DNA of 64,000 nt, from assembly GCA_000004985.1 (NCBI GenBank), contig GG738866.1; one strand, 5' to 3'. The stretch comes from Naegleria gruberi. Lineage: Eukaryota. The position numbers and the translations under genes are program-made. The notes beneath the pieces are model-generated. The model saw only the letters and a list, made by a program, of their open reading frames with translations. It was not told where the DNA came from and searched no databases. Numbering within the stretch: position 1 is the first letter of the stretch; each line of letters opens with the position of its first letter. Below are positions 22,364 to 34,092 of this stretch, in pieces.

Positions 22364-24008
22364 ATGCCATCATCATCAGAGCAGAATAATAACCAACAAG
22401 AATTGGTTGACAATGATCAACAAGAACAAGAACAACACACAGAAAATTCGGAACAAGCTGCTGCTGTTTCTACCAATTCGTCATCGGCAGTGATATCATC
22501 ACCTAATAGCAATGTCGGAAAGACACTTCCTCCTGTGTATGATGACGTTAATGCCAAGCCTAGTGAGTTGCAAAATTTAATTGGATACAAATCGAATGGT
22601 GTTGATGATTCTCTATTGAGAAAATATATTTTAAATCCATATATTTACGAGACTAGTATCAAATTATTTCCAAAGTGGATTGCTCCAAATATGATAACGT
22701 TGACTGGGTTTTCTTTTATTTGCATCAGTTTGATTTTCTCTTATATTTATGCTTGGGGAGGTTTTTCAATGTACTATTGTCAACATGTACATTTTCTTGC
22801 AGAAGTTGGTGGAATGAAATCAGTAATTCCAAATGCTACTTATCATTCAATCACTGATTTTTGTGTTTCCGAACAAACACAATTCTTTTTAGAGAGAAAT
22901 CAAACCTCTCCATTTAATGAATCTTTGAACAGTACAAGCAACTTTTCTCAAAACTTTGTCACAGATACTTTCCTGATGGGTTATCTCCCTCGTTGGGTGT
23001 TTTTCATTAATGCATTGTGCATCTTTTTATATCAAACCTTTGATAATTTGGACGGAAAGCAAGCTAGAAATATGAAACAAAGCTCTCCTCTTGGAGAAAT
23101 GTTTGATCACGGTGTTGATGCCTTAACTTGTACATTGGGTGGTATGGCTTTTTTAGCTACTGCAGCAGCTGGAAATTATGGAGTATGGCAATTATCAGGT
23201 ATGTAATATTCGAGAATTGTGGATTTTAAAACTCAATTTAGACACATTCAGTATCGATGTTAAATGGTTTTATTTCTTACTACTTGTAGTTTCCGGAGAT
23301 TTGCCTTTCATTACTGCTACATGGGAAGAATTTCATATTGGATATTTGTATTTGGGTTTCGTCAATGGACCAATTGAAGGAGTATTGTCAATTGTTTTTT
23401 CACAACTTATTGGATTGTGTTTAGGAGCAGCTGTTTTCCAATGGCAACCATTAGGATTCGTATGGGAAAGTTGTCCACCTTTCCATCTTATTTGTATTGG
23501 AGGATCTGCTGCATTGGCTGTTGTTTCTGCTTTAATGAATATGAAGAAAGTTCTCATGCTCAACAAATCTATCAAACCACTCATTGAACTCTTCCCATTC
23601 ATTTGTTATATTGCATTCATGGTCTTGGCCTTCTTAATCAACACCAAAGCATTGAATACTATTCCTCTTGTTGCAATTCTTGGATATTGTTTCCAATTCG
23701 GATATTTGGCATCAAATGTTACTCTTGCTCACTTACTGAAACGAAAGATTCCAAACATTTTGGATATTAGATATATTATCATCTTCTTCCTTCAATTGTG
23801 TGGTGTTTTTGCTGGAGTTTGGGGATTGGCCTTCTACAGTTTCACAATGGCATTAATTTACTTTAATTTTGCATTGAGTGTTTGTCATTCCATTGCTGGT
23901 TTCTTAAAGATTAATGTGCTTACCATTACACCTCCAAAGGAAGATAAAAAGATTGAATCCAACACCACCAACCAAAATACCACCACTGCAGCTGCAGCTG
24001 TCCAATAA
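22364..24008 (+). CDS. CDP-alcohol phosphotransferase (choline/ethanolamine phosphotransferase-type). Exons 22364..23198 and 23290..24008 (91-nt GTATGT..AG intron).
   Basis: Catalytic motif [28 protein letters not shown] (DG(x2)AR(x8)G(x3)D(x3)D), multiple TM helices, N/Q-rich N-terminus. The ORF-track start at 22340 is TTG; the first ATG is at 22364. Confidence 0.75.
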
Positions 24009-24345
24009 AGGCTTGCATCTATTTCCTAAAAAGCTCAGTAGGAGATATCCATTTATTCTTATTCAGTTTATTCCTTGCATCCAAAGTAAGGACAAATGGT
24101 ACTGTAACAATTGTTTGGATGTTGTGGCCTCCCTTTTCTTCCAAACCACTGACCTGAACCAACAATTATTCAAAAAAACAAATCATTGCTTTCTCTTAGA
24201 GACAATTTACCCATCCAGTTCCGATAAGAAAAAAGGCTTGTTTTTTCCGACCTAATATTCCAAGGCTTTCCGTTTGAATAGTCTTCCGAGTAGTAACAAA
24301 TAACATCAAACAAACCTTGTCAGGACAACAACAACATTCAACATT

Positions 24346-26422
24346 ATGGTTAATAAGACCAAACATTTATCGAATAGTATTCTTCCCAATAATAATAACA
24401 ACAATAACCATGGAAATAATCATGGAAGTGGTCAAGAAGAACCACCATCACTACATCCCATCTCATGTAATCGGTGCCGATCTAGACACACCAAATGTGA
24501 TAAACTACTTCCAACATGTTCATATTGCATGGAGAATAACCTTCCATGCATTTACGAAACTCCCAAAAAGTTGAGGAAAAACTACATGGCAGAATTTGTT
24601 GATTTGAATCAGAATGTAGTTTCTTCTGCATTGACTCACTTGCAAAATCCCCAATCGAAATATAAGGTCTACAAATTCAGTGTAGGAGAAAAGAAAAAGA
24701 AGAAGAGGAGAGAAAGACCAAGTAGAAATGAACATCTTCAACAACATGTTGTTGCATCTTCAAATTCCACTTTGGAAAATATGGATAGTAATAGTCCTGC
24801 TAGGATCAAATGCACAATCTATTAATTTGCATGCCACTCAACAAGAATTTGAACGATCACAACAACAACAACATAAAACATATAGAGCATTCATGTACAA
24901 ATTAATGACAAATCACTTGGATGAGAAGCTATTGTTAAAAACATTCCGAACCGATGCTTACACCTACTACACACAGTATATTGCGTAAGTTTACTGTTTA
25001 TACCCATCTATTTACCTTAATAGTTTTGGAACGACATTGCTGAGTGAAAAAACAATTGAGAGAGTTTATGAATTTGTGGATGAGGACCAAATGACTCAAA
25101 TATATCCTGAGGATGTTCTCTCACTCATCTATGCAATACATGCAGTGAATTTGTTTGTTTTTGAACAACGAGATGTATCTTTTAAGAGTTTTGAGAAGTC
25201 ACTTCGATTATTGCAGTACGATCCATCAAATATTGAGAATTTAATTTTATGTTTGGATGTTGCTGCAAATGGATCAGAAGGTTCTAGCGTTTTATGTTTA
25301 TCGAGCGATGGAAGCAGTTCAGATGTCTACTTTTCTAGTAATAGAGATCACAATTCATTATTTTTAATTAGTGCAAGACTGATGCTTTCACAATATTGTT
25401 TATGTTTGGGATTTATTCCTACAGCAAGCCATTTTCTTAATGAGGCAGATATCATGCTGAAGAATAGATTTCCTACTTACAGAAATCAGAGCTACTTGCC
25501 ATCAAGCATTCTAGGAGCAATGGTGGATCCTATTGCCTCTCTTTATCAAGGACTAACACCAGACGAAATCTTTGTTTTGAAATACAGATTAGTATGTGGT
25601 GTTAAATTAGACGATATTAGATTTTTCCAAGAGAGATTGCCTCAATATATTGGATATTCAACACCTCAAACTTTTGAACCCTATACGAGAACGTCATCTG
25701 TGCTATTAGATGACCCTAAATATTTATTTTCTTCCTATGTTAACAAGTATATATTTGGTACAGCACTGTTTATTATTGGAATGGGAAAGAAGGATTTGCT
25801 GAACTTACTTCTTTCACCAAATATTGTACTGAAAGATCAGCCAAATATACCATTCATGATCATTGGAGTATTGGATTTTAATGGAAAATTATTGAAAAAA
25901 CTCACAATTGATAGATTCAAAATGACTGAATCAGAGGTAAGCTCTCTTACCATCCCAACTGAGATTACCCATAGATATGCAGACTTGGTTTTCACATTCC
26001 AGAAAATATTCACGACAAGCTATAGCTTCCTGGTATTGCATGAAGTTGTTATCAATTATTCTAGTCCTCTCACCTTGATGAACATTGGCAGAAATGATAT
26101 TGATATTGAAAATGTTAGAAAATGTTTGAATTTTAGAAATGAATTTGCTGATGAGTTGAGTGATCTGTATGCTGTTTTACCTGATTACACCATTCATTTC
26201 ATAAGTTTAGTAGTAATTACAGTATTTCAAGTTGCAAAAATTCACTATGACAAGATATTAGATAGTGGAATGAACTTTGAACGAAAATTATTAACAAGAT
26301 TGAAAAATGATTTTAGAATGTTGCATATATTAAGAAAGAAATTCCCACAATTATTTGAACATGACCATCTCATTACTTTCTACAATGCAATTGAGGATAA
26401 AATAAACCAAATATCTAATTAG
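24346..26422 (+). CDS. Zn(II)2Cys6 (GAL4-type) binuclear-cluster transcription factor with a fungal_trans-like middle domain. One 39-nt intron at 24985..25023, plus an unresolved frame discontinuity near 24820.
   Basis: CNRCRSRHTKCDKLLPTCSYCMENNLPC (CX2CX6CX6CX2CX6C). The exon joining ...YTQYIA|FGTTLLSEKTIERVYEFV... (GTAAGT donor) is clear. The DNA-binding ORF (24346..24825) and the next exon (24728..24984) are in different frames, with no GT..AG between them. Confidence 0.6.
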
Positions 26423-26798
26423 TCAACCCTCTCTTAAATGTCAATACTTCAAATAACATTTTCCAATCTCCCATAAAACTCCAAAGTGGATAAGTAAATG
26501 TTGCAGGTCTATTTCTCTCAAAAACAAAATGACCAATCCAAGCCAATCCATATCCAACAAGTAACATGACTGGCAAGGCAGATTTAAATCTTCTCTTATA
26601 TAATAAATAACCACCGATTGCAGTTGAAGATAAAGTTCCAATCACATGCAAAGATCTACAAATGGCATTGGAATGTTGTGAAATATAGAATGGATAAAAT
26701 TCATCAAACGATTTATAAACAACGACTGATGAAGATGGAGTTGCTGCTGGTGAAGTAACAACAGCTGTTGTTGTTGATGAGGAGGTGGAGGTGGACAT
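26415..26798 (-). CDS. Small membrane protein of the DUF962 / Mpo1-like family (tentative).
   Basis: S/T-rich N-terminus, YPFYISQHSNAICRSLHVIGTLSSTAIGGYLL...GYGLAWIGHFVFERNRPATFTYPLWSFMGDWKML (Y...H.N...H ... GH..FE.N.PA pattern). Confidence 0.4.
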   Translation of the reverse strand: MSTSTSSSTTTAVVTSPAATPSSSVVVYKSFDEFYPFYISQHSNAICRSLHVIGTLSSTAIGGYLLYKRRFKSALPVMLLVGYGLAWIGHFVFERNRPATFTYPLWSFMGDWKMLFEVLTFKRGLTN

Positions 26799-26934
26799 TT
26801 TTTTAAACTGTTATTAAAGGACTTGACTAAATATTTCCTAATTTGTTCATTATTTTGTAAAGTGAAACTCCAATTCTCCAATAGTACAATACTACTCTTT
26901 CATAATATTTTACTTTATTGTCTTGTAAATTTAT

Positions 26935-27683
26935 TTAAAACAATGTTACAAACAATGTCATGATCATTGAAATGACAATCAACATTCTTTCCCATGACAA
27001 TGACACATTACTATTACCTTCATTTCTAGAAGTAACTGCCTTAGTCGAAGTAGCTGCCTTGGTACTAGTTTGAGCTTGAGAACAAGTACTAGCAGTGAAA
27101 AAGTCCAAAACAATTGAATTGGTATAATCATGTTTGTTTGGATAGGCAGATGAGGAATGAGAAGCAATCAATAATCTCATAGAGTTTCCCTTGGCAATTT
27201 CAAAATAGGTGCCAGGAGCTGTGCCTGGACGAGTTAATGGACGAACCAAAGTGATGGTTGTTGTGGAGCCAGAAATGGAAGATGTGGCAGAGGTGTAATA
27301 TGGAGCTCCTGAAATTGCTGATGGTTGACTGTTGGCAGAAGCATAGAACTGTTTGTGTTAATTAATATTTGTGTGAAGAAATGTGTAAAAATTAGTGTCA
27401 AATAAATAGCACAACTTACTTCACCAGTGATGGTTGACTGAGTGGCAAGCAAAATAGTGGCACCTGTCATTCCGGTTGTTGAACCTGACTTTAAACCAAT
27501 GGAAGCCCAACCAGAAGAGTTTGGAATTGTGAAACGAGCAGAAAGTTTGTTTCCTGTTTGATCAGCTGTCCACTCAACCTTGTATCCATTTCCAATATCT
27601 TTACAATTCGAATAGGTTTGGGCGTTGATGAGTGTAGCAGCAATGAGAGTTAAAAACAAGGCAATGATTACGAATCTTGACAT
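26935..27683 (-). CDS. Secreted DOMON-like protein with a S/T-rich stalk and hydrophobic C-terminus (GPI-anchor-like), paralog A. Exons 27420..27683 and 26935..27348 (71-nt intron).
   Basis: Signal peptide, QTYSNCKDIGNGYKVEWT...FTIPNSSGWASIGLKSG..MTGATILLA...TITGE|FYASANSQP...TLVRPLTRPGTAPGTYFEIAKGNSMRLLIASHSS..., then a T/S-rich segment and hydrophobic tail MLIVISMIMTLFVTLF. Confidence 0.5.
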
Positions 27684-27966
27684 TTTTTTAAGAGATTAAT
27701 AGATCAAAAAGTTGGAAAGTGTGAAATTTTCAAGTGACACTTCTAGTCAACTGGAAAAGATTGAGGCCTGTAAGAATTTTACGATTGGATGATACATTGT
27801 AAAATGCAGTAATTTGATGAAAAGTGAGTGGCGTTTTACAAGATTGAATATCTTTCAATTAGGCAAACAGTCCAATTACAGAAAGAATCCTTTCCAATTT
27901 TTGACCACTGACATCTTTACGGCTCAACATTCAAAAATTACAACAAAATTTGAAGCTAGCTTTTAT

Positions 27967-28675
27967 TTAACAAACCAACAATCCAACAAGAGCCAAAACA
28001 ACCACAACCATCAAACCAACTCCATTTCCAATAGTAGTAGTAGCAGTAGCTGCACTAGTTGTTCCACAAGTACTCGATGCAAATAAATTCAATGTAGTTC
28101 TATAAGTACTTGCATGAATGGATGGATAGGAATTAGAATTGTGAGCAGCAAATAAGATATCCATTGAGGTACCACTTGAAAAGGTATAGTAGGTGGCTGG
28201 AGAGGAGGATGGACGAGTTAGTGGACGAACCAAAGTTAAAGTTGTGGTTGAGCCAGAGAGGGATGAAGATGCAGAGGTAAAGTTACTGGCAGTCTGAGTT
28301 GGAGCAGTATTGGCACTAGCATAATACTGTATAATAGTTTTACAATAATATATTAAATACATTACAAAAAAATAATAACAATGTTAAAAAAAATTGATAA
28401 ATACAACAATGAAAACTTACTTCACCAGAAATGGTAGACTTGGATCCAATGAGAATGGTTGAACCACTCATTCCTGATCCAGAATTTTTAAAACCAACAG
28501 CAGCCCAACCAGAAGAATTTGGAATTGTGAAACGAGCTGTCAAAGTTCCATTGGCGACAGTCCATTCTGCCTTGTAACTATTACCAAAGTCTTTACAGTT
28601 GGAGTAGGTTTGGGCATTGACCAAGAGGATGGCACAGGAGAGGAGTAAACACAAGGTGATTAAGAGTTTTGACAT
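27967..28675 (-). CDS. Secreted DOMON-like protein, paralog B (tandem duplicate of 26935..27683). Exons 28421..28675 and 27967..28326 (94-nt intron).
   Basis: QTYSNCKDFGNSYKAEWT...FTIPNSSGWAAVGFKNSGSGMSGSTILIG...TISGE|YYASANTAP...LTLVRPLTRPSSSPATYYTFSSGTSMDILFAAHNS... The intron sits at the identical position (after GE) as in paralog A. Confidence 0.5.
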
Positions 28676-28965
28676 GTTTTTTTTGATGTTGAAATTTTGT
28701 TATTCGAATGTAGTAGAATGTTGTTGTTGAAGAAATTGTTTGATGTGAAAGGAAAGTCAGCTGGATAATGTCACAACAAGGATGACAAACGGGGAATTTA
28801 CAGGTTCATTAGTTTACAATGCGTAAGAATCCTTGTAATTTTTTGGCAACAGGTAAAAGTGGAATCTTCCTACAAACAATGAACTCGTGCTTCCAATGGT
28901 AAGAGATTTTGGCATACAAATTATTTTAGTTTACAATTTGTAGAAATGTTTACAGAAGAATGCTT

Positions 28966-31599
28966 TTAATTTTTGGTAGGTTTATAAAAGTGGAAGGTAA
29001 AACCACTATCATTATCCTTAATAGGTTTGTCTTCGTTATCAAACTCATGGAATTTCCATCTCTTATTGCCTTGACATTGTGGTGGAGGTTGGAAGGAAGA
29101 CATTACAAACATGCCAGCACCGGGCACAGGTGGTTGTTGACTTTCATTTTGGAATGCAAGAGCCTTCTTTGATTTGGCCTTAATAGCCTTTTGTTTTGGT
29201 TCAGATGGTGGATCCATAGGAGCAAATTGTTGTTGGTTTTGAGCAGCAAGTGCAATAGAATCCATAGAATGTGCTTTTCTGACACCACCTATCACACCAC
29301 CAATTTTGACAGATTTGGCCTTTGGTCTTGTTTCTCTTGGTGTTGTTGATTCTTCTACAATAAAATCAGCAGAATGAGTTGAATCAGTAGGTGTTGGAAC
29401 TTCTAGTGTCTCTGATGTTTCAGTATCATTATTATTCTCTGTTGTGTTATTCAATTCTGACTCAGCACTCTTCTCTAGAGCAAGTAAATCGTTACTGGAC
29501 TCTGAATGGTTCTTTTTACGTCCCTTCTTGCTAAAGTTGTTATTCTTTCTCTTTTTAGATGTTTCTTTATCCATTTCTTTTTCAAGTAATCCTGTAAGAT
29601 TATCACTACTTCTGGTAGGAGGCATTTTCTTGGACTTGGCTCTCTTCAAATTTCTCATAGAACTTGTGCTCATTGATCTTTTCATTTCACTTGAGGATGG
29701 CTTTTCAGGCTGGACAATTTGTTCACCAAATGAAGTAAGAGAAGACTCAGTTGGAATGTGTAAATTATTAGCATTGATGGATGAAAGACAGTTCATTGAT
29801 TGAGATCTACTCAAAGGGCTGAATGGTATTGAGCTATATGGATATCCACTTGTCTGACTAGAAGATGATGTATTACTAGAGACACTTGTAGTTGAGGTAG
29901 ATCTTTTCATACCTGAAACAGCATTTTGTTGTTGAGTGATGGTATTAGCCAAATTTGCAAGATTTCCATATGCATTCGCAAGTAATTTTTGATTCTGTTG
30001 AAGAGTATTCATCATGGTGTTATACAATTCAACAGAGCTCAAATTATTGGAATTCAAAGCATAATTTTCGTAAGCATCATCAAGATCAATAGTATTCTTA
30101 TTGGCAGAATCTTCAGACTCTTCAGTATTATTTTGGACCTCTGTTTGTTCTGTTGGTTGTTTTGGTAAATTAGATTTTGGTCTTTGTGGATTTCTATTGT
30201 TAGAAGTTTGTGGATACAAGGATGAAATTGGGATAATATTGCTGGAAGACGCTGAGGATATTGAAGGCATAGTTTTGCTTCTTGTGATACTGGAGTTTGA
30301 AGAGGTTGTGCTGGTTGGAGTGGACACTGCTGGTTTAGTAGTTTGTTGTTGTTGCTGTTGTTGTTGTTGAATAAGCTCTTGAACAACTTGGAGTGACTTC
30401 ATTTGAGAACCAATCATAGATGCCACAACTTGTTGCTGTTGAGCTAATTGTCTAGAGAGTGCTAAATTTTGTTGTGCCAAGTTTTGTTGTTGAAGATGGA
30501 ATGCAGATGGAGGAGATGAAGAAACACTTGGTGGTGTAGAAGGAAGAAGATTACTAGCTGATGCCCTCAAAATTGCTTGTTGTAATTCTTCCAAGTTTGT
30601 GGAAGGGGGTATTGTACCATTGATTAGCATTTCTTCAATGAGTGACATGTTGTATTGGTTCATATATTGTTGTTGTGTATTATTTAACATTTGTTGAGGG
30701 CCAAGTTGAGGTACTAGTTGTGGCTTACTCCTAGGTATAGAATTAGGAATGTTTAAACCACCAGTAGACTGCAGTAATTGTTGTTGTTGGAGTTTTTGTA
30801 GTTGTTGTTGGAATAGGAGAGTGTTACTGAGATTGGCAATAATATCTTGATCTTCAAGAAGAGGTTCTACATCTTCTCTTGAATTTGTCAGCAAATCTTC
30901 ATTGAGGAACATTTGTTCATTAGTTGTAGGAGGTGTCATGTTTAGTAATTGTTGTTGAAATAAATTATGTTGTAGTGAATTCATCATATTAGGATTCAAT
31001 AGTGGATTATAGGTATTCATTAAAGGTGTAGTGGTGTGTTGCCCATAATGTGAGTGATTATTATTTGGTTGAATACTGTGTTGGGACATCATGTAGGTTA
31101 GTCCAGGTGGTGTAAGAGATAGATGAGACGAACTGGAAATGTAGGAATCGCTCGTTGTTTGCCCTCCATCATCGTCATCAACAAAGGATGAAAATTGAAA
31201 AGCCTCTGATGAAGAAGAAGTTGGAGACGTTGAACTGGCATTATTCAACATGAAAATAGGATTAGAACTACTTTGAAAGAGAGGTTGATTATTGGTAGGT
31301 GTTGATGCTGTATCTTCAAAACCAGTAGTAAAATCATCTTGAAATTCATCATCTAAAAGTGAATTATGTTGTTGTTGTTGCTGTATACTCTGTCCATTAT
31401 TGAGTAAAATTTCGGAAGAAGGTATTAGCAAACTATTATTTCTACTATTAGTACTCGATGATGTTGTTGTTGTTTTAAAGAGGCTTGAATTTATCACTCC
31501 GCCACTATTACTTGAATCAAAAAGAAAAGATGGTGTCGTTGATGATGCACTATTATTATTGACTGGTATCGTTCTTGTTCGCATTGTTGTGTTGTACAT
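28966..31599 (-). CDS. Large (877-aa) Q/N/S/T-rich low-complexity protein of unknown function.
   Basis: Long intron-less ORF containing poly-Q (a CAA/CAG tract at about 30340..30370, reading QQQQQQQQ) and S/T/N runs. C-terminus ...KRWKFHEFDNEDKPIKDNDSGFTFHFYKPTKN. Confidence 0.4.
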   Translation of the reverse strand: MYNTTMRTRTIPVNNNSASSTTPSFLFDSSNSGGVINSSLFKTTTTSSSTNSRNNSLLIPSSEILLNNGQSIQQQQQHNSLLDDEFQDDFTTGFEDTASTPTNNQPLFQSSSNPIFMLNNASSTSPTSSSSEAFQFSSFVDDDDGGQTTSDSYISSSSHLSLTPPGLTYMMSQHSIQPNNNHSHYGQHTTTPLMNTYNPLLNPNMMNSLQHNLFQQQLLNMTPPTTNEQMFLNEDLLTNSREDVEPLLEDQDIIANLSNTLLFQQQLQKLQQQQLLQSTGGLNIPNSIPRSKPQLVPQLGPQQMLNNTQQQYMNQYNMSLIEEMLINGTIPPSTNLEELQQAILRASASNLLPSTPPSVSSSPPSAFHLQQQNLAQQNLALSRQLAQQQQVVASMIGSQMKSLQVVQELIQQQQQQQQQTTKPAVSTPTSTTSSNSSITRSKTMPSISSASSSNIIPISSLYPQTSNNRNPQRPKSNLPKQPTEQTEVQNNTEESEDSANKNTIDLDDAYENYALNSNNLSSVELYNTMMNTLQQNQKLLANAYGNLANLANTITQQQNAVSGMKRSTSTTSVSSNTSSSSQTSGYPYSSIPFSPLSRSQSMNCLSSINANNLHIPTESSLTSFGEQIVQPEKPSSSEMKRSMSTSSMRNLKRAKSKKMPPTRSSDNLTGLLEKEMDKETSKKRKNNNFSKKGRKKNHSESSNDLLALEKSAESELNNTTENNNDTETSETLEVPTPTDSTHSADFIVEESTTPRETRPKAKSVKIGGVIGGVRKAHSMDSIALAAQNQQQFAPMDPPSEPKQKAIKAKSKKALAFQNESQQPPVPGAGMFVMSSFQPPPQCQGNKRWKFHEFDNEDKPIKDNDSGFTFHFYKPTKN

Positions 31600-32184
31600 A
31601 TTCGAAGAAGAAGAAGAAATAGAGGAGATGTGGAGAGGTTATAGTGAGTTATTGTTGATGTTGTAACCTTGCTCTCAGAAGAAAAGATTCAGAGTGTTTG
31701 TTGGTGGTTTTCGTTCACTGTCAAAGAAAGCCGTTTTTTTTTGCCTTGCTCCTTTTGTCTGAGATTCGAAAACTGATGGCACAAATGATGAACGACAATG
31801 AACAGGAAAAGGTAACCCTGTCTAATGGTTTGACTTTTCAAATAATGTTCAACACAATGCATTCGTTAATGGCCATCTGATTGGTTGCCATGATGTTAGG
31901 ATTATCAAGAATTTCAAGTTAAGGTTGTTAAATTTCATTACTGCAGCAGCAGAGGTTAAAATTCGTTATTGATTCAACTCAGATTATTGAGCGACTCGAA
32001 AAATTTCTCTATCTGTACATTAATCTCAGGTTTAAATAAGGAATGAATATTACCACATTTCAAAATAAGATGTTAAAAGGTCCATTTCCAATAAATCCGA
32101 TGACATTACTGGATTTTTGAACAAATACTGGAACGTATCTAATATATATTGTTTAATGTTTATTCATTCAATAACATGCAAGAA

Positions 32185-34092
32185 TTATTTGTGTATGAGT
32201 GAATCAATAACTGAATAGATGGTACTTCCCATAATAACTAATCCCATCAAGAGTGTTAAGGCAGAACAGATTTTCAAAATTGTAAATCTTCCAGGTTCTA
32301 ACTTTAAAGCGAGTAAACATGGTAAAATATAAGCCATGCTACAAGCACTAACACCTCCTGTGATATTGAAAACAATTCCCAAATCAGTTACTGAAAGGGC
32401 AATAACTAAGGCCAACCCCATAACAAAGAATGTTGCACAATAGTGAATTACAGACTTCTTCAATTGTTTAGCCTTCTTGCTAACACCATTTTCATCGAGG
32501 TCTGGATTATTATTTAGGAGAGCATTGGTTTCTGTGCTAGTCTTCTTTTTTGGCCAGCACCCAATAATTCCATTCTTTGAATTGTACCAATCTTCAAACA
32601 AAACTTCTATAACTAGAATGATACTATTTCTTGGCATGAATGCAGAATATGGAATTGAGAAAACAATAGAAACTGTCAAAAACATTCTTCCTACAATAGC
32701 AGCTGTGACATTCTTTGGGAATAAGTCCAAAACATTGGCTTCTTCCAAATTTCTATCCCAGAAAATCAAATAACCACCAATACCCATAGCTGTACAACAA
32801 ATAACAGTCATAATAACAGTCGCAAATACTACAATGTAATACCTCAGTCTAGTAGCTCTTCTCAACTCTTGGAAAACGTGGAAGCTCATATCGTGACATA
32901 TATAAATGTACGCCAGATTACCAAGAGATGACATAAACTTTGGATGTACAAACTGAAAAGCTTCCTGCCTGTCGTGAGGAATGTATCGTTTAGGTCCAAA
33001 TAAAAGCTCATAATTTACAATAGCTGTGACAGCAAATACAGAAAAAACAGCTGCAAATGAGAAGAATGCAAAACTACCAAGTCTCTTTTGAAGAGCAATT
33101 GGAAGCAAGGCAACTGCCAAATAAATTAAGATAGCTCTTCTACTCAAAAATATACTATCAGAGTCAAATGCATATGCTAAAAGATCAGGAACAACTCTAT
33201 TATGTGTTAATCTATAAAATTAGAGAAATACATACTGTCCAAACATGAGTAATTGAGCACAAGCACCTCCAAAATTGAAGAAAAATATAAAAACACAAGT
33301 CAAAAAGAATCCAATCTTTCCAAAACCTAACATGGCCAACTCTGGTAATGTAGTTTTTAAATGCCTCCTTGATAATTCGTACACTAAACAAAGTGTGAAA
33401 GCAGTCACTACACCAAACAATACAAACCAAATAATTGACATGTAAAGACCACTGGATGCAACTACTTGAGGCATACTGACAGTACCTGGGCTAATAACAT
33501 CATTAATTAAATTCCAAATTGAGAAAAATAATCCTGTCTTTTTCATACTCATTAATTCCTTCCATAATTTGTCTTGTCTCTGTTTTCTCTTCAATTTTCG
33601 AGCTTCCTTTTCCTCATCAGGTAAATTTTCATTTGAAGTATTAATTGAATTTACATTTTCCAAACTATTAGTTGATTTCTTTTTTGGTACAAAATAATCA
33701 TGATTCATGTCATTTACTACAAGAGTAGAACCTTCATCAGTTCTCCTTGTTGTATCTATTGGAACTCGTTGACCAGTTGAATCAAAGAAGACAACTTCTT
33801 CTTCTTGGTCTTCATGATTTTTCTTATTGAATATCTTACTAAACAATGACTTCTTTTTAGATTTTGGTGGATATGATCCTGCTTGAATATCATCATAATT
33901 AGGAGCAGAATAATACATTCCATTTTGTTCTACACTATTACCATGGTGATTACTACTATTATTATTAATTAATATTCCTGCAGATGGTTGATATGAAAAG
34001 GCTTGGTCAAATGTTGGTGAAACAATAATTGATGAGCCTGTAGTAGTTTCGGACGAATCCATCGTATTGAAATGATATTGATGCGGAGCCAT
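32185..34092 (-). CDS. Amino-acid transporter (Aa_trans / AVT-SLC38-like) with a low-complexity N-terminal extension. One very short intron near 33197-33235 (24 or 39 nt).
   Basis: N-terminal exon ...SPGTVSMPQVVASSGLYMSIIWFVLFGVVTAFTLCLVYELSRR...AQLLMFGQ, then a GTATGT donor. C-terminal exon ...AILIYLAVALLPIALQKRLGSFAFFSFAAVFSV...IPYSAFMPRNSII... (11-TM Aa_trans pattern). The first ATG (MAPHQYHF) is at 34090..34092. Confidence 0.6.

Noticed and set aside
29103-31666. Several plus- and minus-strand small ORFs inside 28966..31599
   Set aside because: They overlap the long low-complexity minus-strand gene and are compositionally driven, for example a poly-C translation of the GTT/CAA tract.
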